From contig CM059433.1 in NCBI GenBank assembly GCA_030390025.1, forward strand, positions 30,878,001 through 30,942,000: a DNA stretch of 64,000 bases, given 5' to 3'. Made by a program: the position numbers and the translations under genes. This document shows, piece by piece, positions 1 through 13,048 of this stretch. Each line of letters opens with the position of its first letter. Position 1 is the first letter of the stretch. Source of the stretch: Squalus acanthias. Its lineage: Eukaryota. Under the pieces are notes generated by a model. The model was not told the DNA's origin. It made no database searches and saw nothing but the letters and a program-made list of their open reading frames with translations.

Positions 1-3000
1 GTACAGTACAGGAATGGTCCATTGAGGGTAATAATCTCTGGATTATTGCCTGAGCCACGTGCAAATTGGCATCGAAGCAGTCAGATCAGGAGAATTAACA
101 CATGGCTAAATAGCTGGTGTGGGAAAGAGGGGTTCCTTTTCATGGGATACTGGCACCAGTACTGAGACAGAAATGAGCTATACTGATGGGACAGTGTCCT
201 AGTGGCAAGGGCAAACAGGGAGGTGGCAAAGGCTTTAAACAATAAGACGGGGGGAGCGATCTACCAGAAATGAAACCAGCCTAAATATAAATGAAACAGG
301 AAAGGAGAGGTCATAGATGGCCAGGGAATAAATAGAGTTATACAACAGGAGTGTAAAAAGATAGTTAAATAATAAAGTGAGAGGAATTGCTATTAAAAAT
401 GAGTTAAACTAAATGTATAGCAATGCACACAGTTTCCATAATAAAACAGGAGAAGTGGAGGCAATAACACGTTGTGAGGAATAAGATATATTTGGGATTA
501 CTGAGACATGGCTACATGGGAATTAAACATTGCAGGGCATAACATATTTAGAAAAGATAGAGAGGGAAAAGGGGGAGGTGGAGTAGCTGTAATTATTAGA
601 GGTAACATAATGGCAGTAGAAAAACATGATACAGCTATCAGTGTGATAGAAATAGGATCCATGTGGATTAAGATAAAAGATAATAAAGGATCAATCACAC
701 TAATAGGGGTAGTCTACAGACCACCTAATAGTGGAAGGGAGGTGGAGGAAGAAATATGTAAACAAATTAGGGGAATGAGTAAAAAACATAGAATAATAAT
801 CAGGGGGATTTCAACTACCCCAAAATTAATTGGCCAGCAGAGGTAGGTCAAGGGGATCAGTGAATGGAGTTCCTACAATATGTACAGGACTCCTTTCTAA
901 CCCAATATATAAGAAGCCCCACAAGGGAGGATTCACTATTGGATCTAGTAATGGGGAATGAACTATAGCAGATAAGAGAAGTAAAAGTAGGGGAACATCT
1001 GGGCAATAGTGACCATAATATAATACGTTTTAAAAAAAATTGAGAAGGACATTAAGTATGACGAAGCCCAGGGTAATAGATTGGAGAAAAGCTGATTTTG
1101 AGAGGCTAAGAATAGAACTTGGAAAAATAAAATGTACAACAATATTGGCAAACAATGATGTAGAACAGCAATGGGAAACATTTAAAACAGTGTTCAACTG
1201 AGTCCAGGAAAAATATATTTAGTTAAAAACCAAGAACAAGCTAAACACTAATGAGACACCATGGATGAATAAAGACATAAGGGAAAAATTAAGGGTAAGG
1301 AAAGAGGCATACACTAAGTACACGGGCAGCAAGGGAAAGCATGACACGGGAGAATACGAAGAGATTAGGAGAGAAGTCAAAAACCAATTAGGAAGGCAAA
1401 GAGGAACTATGAAATTAAATTATAAAGGAACATAAAACAAAATAGAAAAATATTTTACAGGCACATCAATAAAAAAAGGAAAGTCGGGATGGGAATAGGG
1501 CCACTAAGGGATGGACAGGATAATATCACAGGCAGCGATAGAGAGATGGCAAAAATATTAAATAATTACTTTGCTTCAGTATTTACCAGGGAGATAGATC
1601 AGGTGGACATGACATCGGAACATGAGATTAGAAATGATATAACCGCATTTAAAATAAAGAGGAGAAACATTAAATTAACTAATCAAACTCCAAGAGGATA
1701 AAACCCCATATCTGGACGGATTACATCCACGCATTTTTAAAAAATCTAGGGAAGAGATAGTAGAGGCACTATTACACATATTTGATAATTTGTTAGAAAA
1801 GGGTGTAGTGCCAGAGGACTGGTGGATAGCTAACGTAATACTTATATTTAAGAAGGGAGATAGAACATGTCCAGGGAACTATAGACCAGTCAGCTTAACA
1901 TCCGTAGTAGGAAAAGGGAATCCCTGCTAAAGGAAAAAATAGAAGAACATCCAGAAACCAAAAATATAATAATGAATAGTCAGCATGGATTTCAAAAGGG
2001 AAAGTCTTGCTTGACCAACCTCATTGAATTCTTTGAAGAGGTAACAGAGAGTAGACAAGAGTAATTCAGTAGATGTAATTCATCTAGATTTCCAAAAGGT
2101 CTTTGATAAGGTGCCATATAATAGACTAATGAATAAGGTCAGACAATGCGGAGTCAGGGAACAAGTAGCAGAATGGATAGCTAGCTGGCTTCAAGACAGA
2201 AATCAAAGAGTAGGGGTAAAAGGTAGCTATTCAGAGTGGTAGAAGGTGGAATGTGAGGTCCCACAAGGATTAGTGCTGGGACCAATGTTGTTCACAATTT
2301 ATATTTGCAATTTAGACTTTGGAATCAAAAACACAATTTCTAAATTTGTGGATGACACCAAATTGGGGGGGGGGGGGGTAGTCAATACTGCAACAAATTA
2401 CAAGAAGACATTAATAAACTTGCAGAATGGGCATATGAATTTCAACACAAATAAATGTGAGGTATTACATTTTGGTAAGAAAAATAAGGAGGTCACATAT
2501 TACTTATATTACGAAAATAAGAATCTAAATGGGGTAGAAGAGCAAAGGCATCTCAGAGTTAAAGAAGGATTTGCATTTATATAGCGCCTTTCATGACGAC
2601 CAGAACTCTCAAAGCACTTTATAGCCAATGAAGTACTTTTGGAGTGTAGTCACTGTTCTAATGTAGGAACGGGTACTACTACTGTTGTAGTAGTACAAAT
2701 ACACAGATCACTAAAAGTAGCAACGCAGGTTACTAAGGCCATAAAAAAGCAAACCAAGCACTAGGGTTTATTTCTAGAGGGATAGAATTGAAAAGTAGAG
2801 AAGTTATGCTAAACTTGTATCGAACCATGGTTAGACCACACTTGGAGTACTGTGTACAATTCTGGTCACCATATTATAAAAAGGATATAGAGGCACTGGA
2901 GAGGGTGCAAAAAAGATTTACAAGGATGATACCAGAAATGCGAGGCTATACCTATCAGGAAAGGATGAACAGGCTGGGTCTCTTTTCTCTTGAAAAGAGA

Positions 3001-3398
3001 AGGCTGAGGGGTGATCTAATAGAGGTCTTTAAAATTATGAAAGGTTTTGATAGAGTAGACACAGAGAGAATGTTTCCACTTGTGGGGAGAGCAAAACTGG
3101 AGGCCATCAATATAAGATAGTCACCAAGAAATCAAATAGGGAATTCAGAAGAAACTTCTTAACTGAGAGAGTGGTGTGAAATTGGAACTCGTTACCACAG
3201 GGAGTGGTTGAAGCGAATTGTATAGATGCATTTAAGTGGAGGCAAGATAAGCATATGAGGGAGAAGGGAATGGAGGGTTATGCTGATAGAGTTAGATGAA
3301 GAAAGACTGGAGGAGGCTTGAGTGGAGCATAAACGCCAGCATGGACTGGTTGAGCCGAATGGCCTGTTTTTGTGCTGTACATCCTATGTAATCCTATG
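1..3398 (+). mobile_element. Decayed near-full-length CR1 LINE (ORF1 esterase remnant, APE endonuclease, RT, 3' tail)
   Basis: INTWLNSWCGKEGF (CR1 ORF1 esterase-like) near 95-150. APE motifs RKDREGKGGGGVA and GVVYRPPN at 508-846. RT motifs VPQGLVLGP and FVDDTK at 2246-2370, and RPHLEYCVQFWSP at 2788-3120. Tail (atcctatg)2 at ~3381-3398. Many stops and frameshifts. Confidence 0.92.
2561..2670 (-). mobile_element. DeuSINE/SacSINE1-like 3' fragment inserted into the CR1
   Basis: Reverse complement of the SINE tail (ttgcatttatatagcgcctttcatgac...gtgtagtcactgtt) interrupts the CR1 RT region. Confidence 0.8.
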
Positions 3399-3446
3399 AA
3401 AACCATTCTAATGTAAATGCTGAAAGGCTTATCATTTTGAACTTAC

Positions 3447-3618
3447 ATGCCATGAAGACAAGGGTTGGAGGCACATTCATCTACATTGTGTTCACAGTTC
3501 ATTCCAGTAAATCCCTTCAAACAGACACAGCTGTAGTGACTGATACCATCAATGCAGGTTCCCTTATTGTGGCATGGAACAGACGCACAGTCATTGATAT
3601 TAACCTCACATCTGATAC
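3447..3618 (-). CDS. EYS: Next EGF-repeat coding exon of the same EYS-like gene, 172 nt
   Basis: Minus strand tctctttttcAG|GT ATC AGA TGT...CTT CAT GGC AT|GTAAGT. Translates (G)[56 protein letters not shown]. It joins the 49559-49704 exon in phase 1 (G|GT = Gly). Not called on this strand in the ORF track. Resembles recalled human EYS INCEINLDECLSEPC...CIDGINHYTC...NPCLHG. Confidence 0.88.
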
Positions 3619-3912
3619 CTGAAAAAGAGAATAATACAAGGGCATCTCAGCTGTGCTTCAAATTGGCCCACCAACATGTTCGGTTCATGCAGCTTGTGCT
3701 AATGTTTGACTAACAGAGCGGCGGAATTGTCCTTTAAGTGACTGAGAACCAACTATCTGTGACATTAACCCATCAAAAATTGCCCCTTATATAGTCAATA
3801 TTAACAATATAATGTAAGGTATGAACGTCTTTTAACTTGATCCCATAATCCAGGCTGACACTTTCAGTGCAATACTATATGCTAAACCTATATAAAACAC
3901 AGCTGGAGTATT

Positions 3913-4964
3913 GGCCCCGAATTTGCGTTCGGTATGGCGGCGTACTCCCTTTGAAATTGACCGCAAGTTTGAGATCCGCCTGCGCTAAATCCCGAACTTG
4001 CGATCTGTCAAGTTCCGACTGCGCATCGGCTTCACTGCAAGTTTTCACCTCCTCATTCAAAACAACGTGCTGGCGAAAAGTAACCTACTGAACAGTAATT
4101 ACGCCTGAAAATGTTTACGTCTGGTGCAAACAGGTACAGGAGCCTGTTGCACAGCGTAAGGGCAGGGGAGATGAGAACATTCTATTAGTTGGCGCTTGCT
4201 GACTGACCCGTTGAATGTTTCCAGCATTTTCTGATTAAAATTTTACTGACCAGACATCTTCTCGTGTCAAAATCTTTCCCGATGAGTTTTTCAACCCAGA
4301 AATTAAGTACAGTAAACACCAGCAATAGGCTCTATAGATTGGCTATATTGGTTTAAGGGCAAAGTTTTCGTGTTCCAATTATTTGTCAACATATTACAAT
4401 AAAAAAACTGATTTATAGAAACATTTTGTACTGGGGTTTGCTACTTTATTGGCACAATTCAAAAAATGGAGCATCTAATCTAATACTGAGTAGTAAGAAC
4501 CGTATACCTAACAAACACAGTATTATTATTTACACAGTTATGAAAGATGTTTGATCAAATGTATATCTGGTATAACTAATATGTATATACCTACCTTTTT
4601 TATATTGCTTCAACCAACATTTTCAATTGAGTGGGGCTATTAAACGCTATGTCGATTGTAAATATATGCCAGTGGAAAACTTCTGTCTTCTATTGACATA
4701 TATTTACAATCCTGTTTTAGCAATCTACTCTGTTTCCTGATTGGCTAAGAGTCAGGTAGTGAAAGGCGCACTGCCCCACGTGATCCCAGGTTCGCATACG
4801 CACAACGGTGCGTCCTTGGGATCCGTGGGACATTATGCCACGCACAACTCTGCAGCGTCTGAAAGCAGCTTCACGAAGGGGGGTTTGTACGAGGTAAGTG
4901 CAAATTTTGTTATGATGTCGGCGTCATACTCCTTAGATACACCGCCGCCTGCGAATTTAGGGTC
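3913..4964. mobile_element. Non-autonomous Harbinger-type element (MITE) inserted in a CR1 fragment
   Basis: Termini ggccccgaatttgcg and gcgaatttagggtc are imperfect inverted repeats. 3-nt TSD ATT at 3910-3912 and 4965-4967. The CR1 text ctggagtatt|gtgtccaattctgg is split exactly here. Confidence 0.75.
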
Positions 4965-5052
4965 ATTGTGTCCAATTCTGGGCACCACACTTTAGGAAGG
5001 ATGTAAAGGCTTTGGAGAGGTTATAGAAGAGATTTACTAGAATGGTTTAAGT

Positions 5053-5515
5053 GTCAGCACCCTTGAGGGTAGCACTCTCGCCTTTGAGTCAGAAGGTTGT
5101 GGGTTCAAGTCCCACTCCAGAGACTTGAGCACAAAAATCTAGACTGACACTCCAGTGCAATACTGAGGGAGTGCTGCACTGTCGGAGGTGCCGTCTTTTG
5201 GATGAGGCGTTAAACCGAGGCCCCATCTGCTCTCTCAGGTGGACGTAAAAGATCCCATGGCACTATTTCGAAGAAGAGCAGGGGAGTTATCCCCGGTGTC
5301 CTGGCCAATATTTATCCCTCAATCAACATTAAAAAAACCCAGATTATCTGGGCTTTATCAGTTACTGTTTGTGGGAGCTTGCTGAGCGCAAATTGGCTGC
5401 CGCGTTTCCTACATTACAACAGTGACTACACTTCAAAAAAGTACGTCATTGGCTGTAAAGCACTTTGGGATGTCCCGTGGTCATGAAAGGCACTATAGAA
5501 ATTCAAGTCTTTCTG
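5053..5515 (+). mobile_element. Full-length tRNA-derived DeuSINE (SacSINE1/AmnSINE1-like)
   Basis: tRNA-like head with B box gggttcaagtccc, a central gtcggaggtgccgtc...gatcccatggcactatttcgaagaagagcagggg domain and an L2-like tail aaaggcactatagaaattcaagt. About ten related copies occur in the window. Confidence 0.85.
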
Positions 5516-5716
5516 TTTCTTTTTTTCTTTATGAGGGAATACAGTTACATGGATAGACTGGAGAAGCTGAGATTGTTCTCCTTGGAGCAGGGAAAACTAA
5601 GCGAGATTTGATAGAGGTGTTTAAAATCATGACGGGTTTAGATGGAGTAAATAAAGAGAAACTGTTTCTAATGACTGAGGGGTCGATAACCAGAAGGCAC
5701 AGATTTAAGGTGATTG

Positions 5717-6660
5717 TCAAATGTAGGAGGTATGATCAGTAAGTTCGCAGATGACACGAAAATTGGTGGGGTGGTAAATAGCGAGGAGGGAAGCCTCAGG
5801 CTACAGGATGATATAGACGGGTTGGTCAGATGGGCAGAACAGTGGCAAATTGAATTTAACCCTGAAAAGTGTGAGGTGATGCATTTTGGGAGGACTAACA
5901 AGGCAAGGGAATACACAATGAATGGTAGGACCCTAGGAAGGACAGAGGATCAGAGGGACCTTGGTGTGCATGTACATAGATCCCTGAAGGCAGCAGGACA
6001 GATAGATAGGGTGGTTAAGAAGGCATATGGGATACTTGCCTTCATTAGCGGAGGCATAGAATATAAGAGCAGGGAGGTTATGATGGAGCTGTACAAAACG
6101 CTAGTTAGGCCACAGCTGGAATACTATGTGCAGTTCTGGTCACCACACTATAGGAAGGATGTGATTGCATTGGAGAGGGTGCAGAGGAGATTCACCAGGA
6201 TTCTACCTGGGCTGGAGCACTTCAGCTATGAAGAGAGACTGGACAGGCTGGGGTTGTTTTCCTTAGAGCAGAGAAGGCTGAGGGGGAACCTGATTGAGGT
6301 GTACAAAATTATAAGGGGCATAGATAGGGTAGATAGTAAGGAACTTTTCCCCTTAGTAGAGGGGTCAATAACCAGGGGGCATAGTTTCAAGGTAAGGGGC
6401 AGGAGGTTTTGAGGGGATTTGAGGAAAAACTTTTTCACCCAGAGGGTGGTTGGAATCTGGAACTCACTGACTGAAAGGGTAGTAGAGGCAGGAACCCCTA
6501 CAACATTCAAGAAGCATTTAGATGAGCACTTGAAACGCCATAGCATACAAGGCTACGGACCAAGTGCTGGAAAATGGGATTAGAATAGACAGTGCTTGAT
6601 GGCCGGCGCGGATACGATGGGCCGAAGGGCCTCTTTCTGTGCTGAATAACTTTATGATTC
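5717..6660 (+). mobile_element. Younger 5'-truncated CR1 (RT C-terminus and 3' UTR)
   Basis: ORF 5714-6412 contains ISKFADDTK and RPQLEYYVQFWSP. The 3' UTR ends in a tatgattc tail. Confidence 0.92.
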
Positions 6661-6959
6661 TATGGGCTCGATTTTGCCAGGCCCGAGGAGGCGGGATTGG
6701 AGGCGTGTGAGGTGGTAAAATCGCAAAAAAAGGTGGGCGGGCCCTAACAGCTGCAGCTCCACCATTAAAAAGGAGTTTTCAGCAATCATCATTTGCAGGT
6801 GGCAGAACTTTGTTGTCTCAGGTCTGGGGGAACTTTTAGCAGGCCTACTCATTGTTCTGGAAGTTTGGAGCCTGACACCCATCTCCAGTGTGACCTCCTG
6901 GGAAACCCCTCTCCCCACCTTGACTGAGCGCTTCCTCAACTGAGGTATATACCAGAAGA

Positions 6960-8177
6960 ATGGGAACCATTTATTTCCTTTCCTCCTGGACATCAGATTC
7001 GGATGAAGACCAGTCGCGGCAGTAGCAGAACCCTGAACAACAGCAGCACCAACTGCAGGAGCAACAGCAGGAGCTCCAAGCTGCTGCTCACCCACCTGAA
7101 GCTGCACAGGCCAGAAGGCGCCAGCGCATGGAAGCACGTTGGCGCAGGAGACACCCCCAAAACAGGGTCTACAGACAGAGGATCAGCTACCTCAACATGA
7201 CTGAGCAGCAGTGCCAAGTAGGCTCCGACTTTTGCGAGAGGCAGCGGGTGACATCTGCGCAATGCTGCAGCAAGAGCTGGAGCCCAGAGGAGCAGGTGGA
7301 CACCCTTTACCAGTGTCCGTCAAAGTCACCACCGCACTCAACTTTTTTGCTTCAGGCTCATTACAGGGATCAGCAGCAGACATCAGCGGCGTCTCCCATC
7401 ACGCAGGTAACCGATGCCCTCATTGCCATCGCTCATAATGACATCAATTTCTCCAAGGATCAAGACAGTGTAACTGCGCGTGCGGTTGGGTTTGACAATC
7501 TGGCAGGCTTTCCAAGGGCGCAGGGCATCGTTGACTGCACACATGTGGCCCTTAAGGCACCCCATCACAATCCAGATATTTTTGTCAACCGCAAGGGCTT
7601 CCACTCCCTCAACATACAGTTGGTGTGTGACCACAAGAAGGAAATTTTGCATGTTTGTGCCAAGTACCCTGGCAGTTGCCATGACTCCTTCATCCTGCGC
7701 CAGTCTAGTGTGCCTCCGCTCTTCAGTCCGCCAGACCAACTTTTTGGATGGCTACTTGGAGACAAGGGCTATCCCCTGAAGATATGGCTAATGACGCCGT
7801 TCAGGAGGTCATCCAACGAAGCTGAGGAGCGCTACAACTCCAGCCACATTTCCACCAGATCCATAATCGAACAAACCATCGGCTTGCTGAAGATGTGCTT
7901 CAGATGCCTTGATAGATCAGGTGGAGCCCTGCAGTACTCAGCAGCCAGGGTCTCCAGAATGGTCGTGGTCTGCTGTGCACTTCACAACATGGCACAGCAT
8001 CATGGCTTGCAGATGCCTGAGGAACAAGTGACGCATCACATAGCCTCCTCAGATGAGGAGGAGGAGGAGAGCGACAATGAACAGCTTGCAGAGACGCATC
8101 AACCAGCGGCAGCAGCATGTGAGCACATTGCTGCCCGGGATGCAAGGGACGCACTCATCTTGGCCAGATTTGCTTAG
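6960..8177 (+). pseudogene. Harbinger DDE transposase (HARBI1-like), frameshifted
   Basis: Motifs [50 protein letters not shown] and [12 protein letters not shown]. The N-terminal HTH segment ([14 protein letters not shown]) lies in another frame (ORF 7211-7438). One stop near the N-terminus. Confidence 0.9.
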
Positions 8178-8434
8178 CCTAGACAATCAAGCACTTTTGC
8201 CTCGCAGCTTCTTACCAGACCATCGACAATGGCCAAGAACCTGCGGATTCCTATCACTATGACCACCATACTGACAATTGCAAGTCACCCTAAGCCCTCA
8301 ATGTGGAAGCCCCATTTGCGAAATGACACACGCCACAACTTCAACAGTTTGACATCAGCATTTTTTATCACAACAAGCAACTGATGGCATTTCAAAAATA
8401 AACACAACATGACACCCAAGTGACTACCCTTGTG

Positions 8435-10282
8435 ACTACTTGTGCATTATCTTCCTCTTATGCATGCTCCTACGTGGTGCTTCCCCTGTGGCTTCAGAGA
8501 TGTGGAGGCCCGTTGCTCACTTTCTTGCTGCTCCTGCCTCGACACCTTTGGCGGGCGTCCTCTGGGGTTGCGAGCCTGTGAGGGCTCAGCAACAGTCTAC
8601 TGCTCCTGCGGTTGTGCAGGGGTTGAGACGCCGATCTCAGTTGGGTGGGGACCCTGGTGGGGCTCTGACCAAGGGCTCTGCAGTGGCATGGTCATGTGAG
8701 CGCTTGGAGAGGAGCCCCCACTTCCTTGTTGTCTGCCACCAACATCCCTCTCATGGGTCAGCCCCACTTCAGACCTAGCAAGTGGCTTGACAGCACCTTG
8801 CTGCACTGCAGAGGGGCCATGAAGACCCATTTCTGCGCTGGAAGTCCTACTCCAGAGGACTTCCATGAAGGTCTGGTTTCTCTGCTCAATAGCTGACCAT
8901 CGCTCCGCAAGAGATGTCACTCTATTCTGAACAATGACCATGTTTTCACGACCCTGGCGACTAAGCTCCTCCATGGCCGTAGCCATCCTCTCCTCTACGG
9001 TAGCCATCCTTTCCAAGGAGGTTGCCATCCTTTCCGTGGTGATGCGTTCATGCGCCAACGGCTCCACAAAGGCTTTGCTCATATTAGCTTCAAGACTCCT
9101 CCATTCACTCCACACTCGCAGCCGAGCTGGCAGAGTCCTGCGCCCTCCGACGAGGACTCTCCACTGCTGTCCCTGTCTCCACCATCTGCTGATGCTCACT
9201 TGTGAGCTGTGATACACCAGGTGACAACACTACACTATCTCGCGCAGTTCCCACCGAGGTGTGAGTGTCTGCGCTGGTGCTGGGTGCGCTGAATTCTGCT
9301 GATGCTATGCCTTCAAAGGTTGCAGCTTCCTCTGAGGAGTCTTGAAGCTCAGGCTCTTCCTCTTGGAGAGTGGGGACGGGGGCTGTCGATGGTCCTGTGG
9401 GGGAGTAAAGGAAAGAGTTGGAGATGTGAGGTAAAGTTTGCATGCACATTGAATTGTACAGATGATCATAAGTCAATCTGTTAGACCTTCAGAATCATTA
9501 TCAGTTACTCATGCAATGTCAATGAGAGAGATGCAAAACTATTCTGTCACCAGCTTGCTGTGATGTGCCCGTCTGTCCGTCCCCCACTTGCGCATCCTCC
9601 TCCACTCCCACAATCTCCAGGGCCGCCTCCTCCGCAGTGGTGAGCTGGGCGCAACCCCAGAGGACGCCCTCTCCCTCTTATTGTGGGCTCTCTTTTCCTG
9701 CAATGAGAGACACAAGTGGAGTTTGAGTGAAAATGAAGGAGTGAGTGTAGAGATTCCATAGCATAGATGCTTAGAAGGAGACAAAGATGGAGTGAGGTGC
9801 CAATACCAAGGGCCCTCCCTGTGTGTTGTAAGTTGTTGTCATAGCATCACAGCGATAGGGAGTGTGAGGGCTGCATAGTCGAATAGTTAAGTGAATGTGA
9901 ACATACAGAGTGAGGGAATGGGTAAGGGTGCAGGGATGTCAGTGTCAAGTGGGATGTGGAGAAAGAGGTTGGCAAAGCAGAATGCCGGTGAGGAGAGGCG
10001 ATGGGGATCAGATTGACGGTGATGGGAAAGTCATACTCACTTTTCCTGTGCGGAGAAGGTCATGAAACCTCTTCCTGCACTGCAGCCAGGTTCTGCGGCA
10101 CACAGAGATTGAGTTGACCTCCTGGGCCACTTGCATTCACACAGCTTTAGTCTGCTGGGGAGGCTTTTTCCTCCGTGAGGAAGGGAAGAGCACCTCCTTA
10201 TTTGATCTTGCTCCCTCCACCAGAGCTTGCAGGGCGGCGTCATCGAACCGTGGAGCACACTTTGGCCTACTGCTGGACACAT
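8435..10282 (-). pseudogene. Harbinger Myb/SANT-like DNA-binding protein gene with three exons (~10282-10041, 9697-~9552, ~9393-~8435)
   Basis: APRFDDAALQALVEGARSNKEVLFP...AV*MQVAQEVNS...RTWLQCRKRFHDLLRTGK|GTGAGT. Acceptor ttgcAG|GAAAAGAGA (EKRAHNKRER) and acceptor cccacAG|GACCATC. One in-frame TGA where Trp is expected. Confidence 0.8.
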
Positions 10283-10835
10283 TTGCTGAATGAAGCGATC
10301 ACAACAATGGGCATAAAGTTTGCAGTCTCCAGAAGAAGCAAGGCTGCTTGCAGGCCTTAAATCCAGCAGCACTGATGATGTCATCGGAGGCGACTTTCAG
10401 GATGGAAAGACCAATTGGGCCAGGGGTTCCCACACACTGGAAATCAAGTGCCCAATTAGGGGAAAATTGCACTTTTTTCCCACTTCACATCGGAGTCGGG
10501 TTCCTGACACGAAAACCACCTGACATGCCCCCCAGCCCGCCCCAATGGCAAAATCCAGCCCTATGACTCTAACCAGAAGCGACAGGATGAAAAACTTTTT
10601 TACACAACGAGTGGTTAGGATTTGGCATGCACTGCCTGATAGGATGGTGGAGGCAGAGTCAGTAGTAGCCTTCAAAAGGGAATTCGATAAATACTTGAAG
10701 GAGAAAAAATTGCAGGGATATGGGGAAAGAGTGGGGGAGTGGGACTAACGAGATTGCTCTTCGAAAGAGCTGGTGCAGACTCGATGGGCCGAATGGCCAC
10801 CTTCTGTGCTGTACTAGTCTATGATTCTATATTCT

Positions 10836-11028
10836 ATACTGAGGGAGTGCTGCACTGCCAGAGATGCTGTCTTTCAGATGAGATGTTAAACTGAGGTCCC
10901 ACCTGCCCTCTCAGGTAGATGTAAAAGATCCCCTGGCAGTATTTCAAAGAAGAGCAGGAGATTTCTCCCTGGCGTCCTTGCTAATATTTATACCTCAACC
11001 AACATCATTCAAAAGAAACCAGATTATT
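10836..11028 (+). mobile_element. DeuSINE internal fragment
   Basis: tactgagggagtgctgcactg...gtaaaagatccc...ccagattat matches the SINE at 5053. Confidence 0.8.
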
Positions 11029-11032
11029 ATAT

Positions 11033-12918
11033 AGACTTACATAGAACATACAGCGCAGAAACAGGCCATTCGGCCCAACTAGTCTGTGTTCGCGTTTATA
11101 CTCTACACGAGTCTCCTCCCCAGTCCATCTGTCTCATCTTAACCTTTCAGCATATCTTTCTATTCCCTTTTCTCTCATGTACTTGTCTAGTTTCCTTTTG
11201 AAAGCATTTAAGCTATTTGCCTCAACCATTTCCAGTGGTCGTAAGTTCCACATTCTAACCAGGCTCAGAGTAAAGAAATTTCTCCTTATTTCCCTATTGA
11301 ATTTATTAGTAACTATCTTGTATTTATGGCCCCAAGTTTTGGATTCTCCCACAAGTGGAAACATTCTCTCCAAATCTACCCTGTCTAACCCATTCATAAT
11401 TTTAAAGATCTCTACTAGGTCTCCTCTAAGTCTTATATTTTCTGAAGAAAAAAGCCCCAACCTCTTCAATCTTTCCTGATAGCTGTAATCGCTCAGTTTT
11501 GGTATAATCCTTGTAAATCTTTTTTGCCCTTTCTCCAGTGCTTCTATGTCCTTTTTATAATATGGAGACCAGAACTGTGCACAGTACTCTAAGTGAGGCC
11601 TGACCAAGGTCCTATACAAGTTTAACATAACTTCACTACTTTTGAATTCTATATCCCTAGAGATAAATCCCAGTGCTTTGTTAGCATTTTTAATTGCTTT
11701 GCAGAACAGCGATGCTGCTTTTAATGATTTGTTCACCTGAATCCCTAGATCCCTTTCTCTTCTACCCCATTCAGTTTCTTATTTTCTAAGGTGTTGGTGA
11801 TATTTCTATTCACCCCACATTTATCTATGTTAATGTTCGTTTGCCACATAACTGCCCAATCTGCAAGTTTTCGAATGTCATCTTGTATTATTTTGCATTC
11901 TTCCTCGTGTTAGCTGCATCCCCCAGTTTGGTAAATCTGCAAATTTTGATATTGAGTTACTTGTTCCTAATTCCAAATCATTAACACAAATTATGAATAA
12001 CAGTGGTCCCAGCACTGATCCTTGTGGAACAGCACTTTCTACCTTCCTCCAATCTGAATAACTACCCTTTACCCCTATTCTCTGCTTTCTATTTTTTTAG
12101 CCAATTTGCTATCAATTCAGCTATTTGTTCCTGACTCCACATGCCCTAATCTTTGTCATGCACCTACCATGTGGTACCTTACCGAAGGCCGTTTGAAAAT
12201 CCAAGTATATGACATCTACTGCATTACCCTTGTCTACTCTTTCCATTACCTCTTCAAAGAATTTGATCAGGTTAGTTAAGCATGATTTAGCCTTTCGGAA
12301 TTCATGCTGACTATTTTTGTTATATTTTCTTTCACTTATTTTAGTATAGAATCCAATATCTTTCCTACCACTTACACTAAGCTGACTGGTCTATAGTTCC
12401 CAAGTTTTGTTCTATCTCCCTTTTTGTATCCCCTCTTCTATGGAATATACATATATATATAAACTAGTTCCTCTGCTATCTCCTCCCTAGTTTCCTTGAG
12501 TATGTATGGGTGCATACCATCTGGACCTGGGGTTTTATCCTCTTTTAGTTTTGCTAGTTTGTCAATTATTTGCGCCCTTTCTATCCCAACTGTATTAATA
12601 TTCTTTTTAAACTCATCCTCTAATGAAGTGTCTATTTTCCATGGTGCCCCATAATTAGCTTGCTTATTTTTGTCTTTTAGTGAAATACATTTCTCTTGAA
12701 CTCTATTGATTACCCTTTAAAGATTTCCCACTGTTGTTCTGTCTCTTTGCTTTTCAAGATTTTCTCCCAGTTTACCTTCTTTAGTTCCACCCTAAATTCC
12801 TCATAATTTGCTCTTTTCCAATCTACTGCCTTAATCTTTATCCTACTTATGTCACTCTCGATCCTAATCTTGAACCTTACTATGTTGTGATCACTACCAC
12901 TAAGATGCTCTCCTACTG
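11033..12918 (-). mobile_element. 5'-truncated CR1 LINE
   Basis: ORF 11134-11736 contains RPHLEYCAQFWSP. Upstream RT motifs include gttccacaaggatcagtgctggg on the minus strand. The tail is at ~11033-11050. Confidence 0.9.
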
Positions 12919-12920
12919 TA

Positions 12921-13045
12921 CAGGAACTGCAGGGATATGGGGAAAGAGCAGGGGAATGGGACTAACTGGATTGCTCTTCAAACGAGCCGGTGGAGACTCA
13001 ATGGGCTGAATGGTCTCCTTCTGTGCTGTACCCATTCTATGATTC
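12921..13045 (+). mobile_element. CR1 3' UTR fragment
   Basis: gcagggatatggggaaagagcagggg...ttctgtgctgtacccattctatgattc. Confidence 0.8.
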
Positions 13046-13048
13046 CAC

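Larger units (their letters stand above)
6664..10561. mobile_element. Full-length bipartite PIF/Harbinger transposon, 3898 nt
   Basis: 16-nt TIRs GGGCTCGATTTTGCCA and TGGCAAAATCCAGCCC with one mismatch. TSD TAT at 6661-6663 and 10562-10564. Contains convergent transposase and Myb/SANT genes. Confidence 0.92.
5530..10835 (+). mobile_element. Outer CR1 3' fragment, split into ~5530-5716 and ~10571-10835 by nested insertions
   Basis: agatttaaggtgattgtcaaa (5701-5721) resumes as aaccagaagcgacaggatgaaaaac (10571). The intact version agatttaaggtgattggcaaaagaaccaaaggcgacatgaggaaaac is at ~17226-17271. Tail ctatgattctatattctat ends at ~10838. Confidence 0.8.

Noticed and set aside
5053..5120. tRNA gene (also at 27501, 40060, 55457 and 39590)
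   Set aside because: A/B boxes are present but run into SINE or other repeat bodies without a complete cloverleaf.
7128..8177. Host HARBI1 gene
   Set aside because: The sequence is frameshifted and enclosed by TIRs and a TSD with a partner Myb gene, so it is a transposon copy rather than the domesticated gene.
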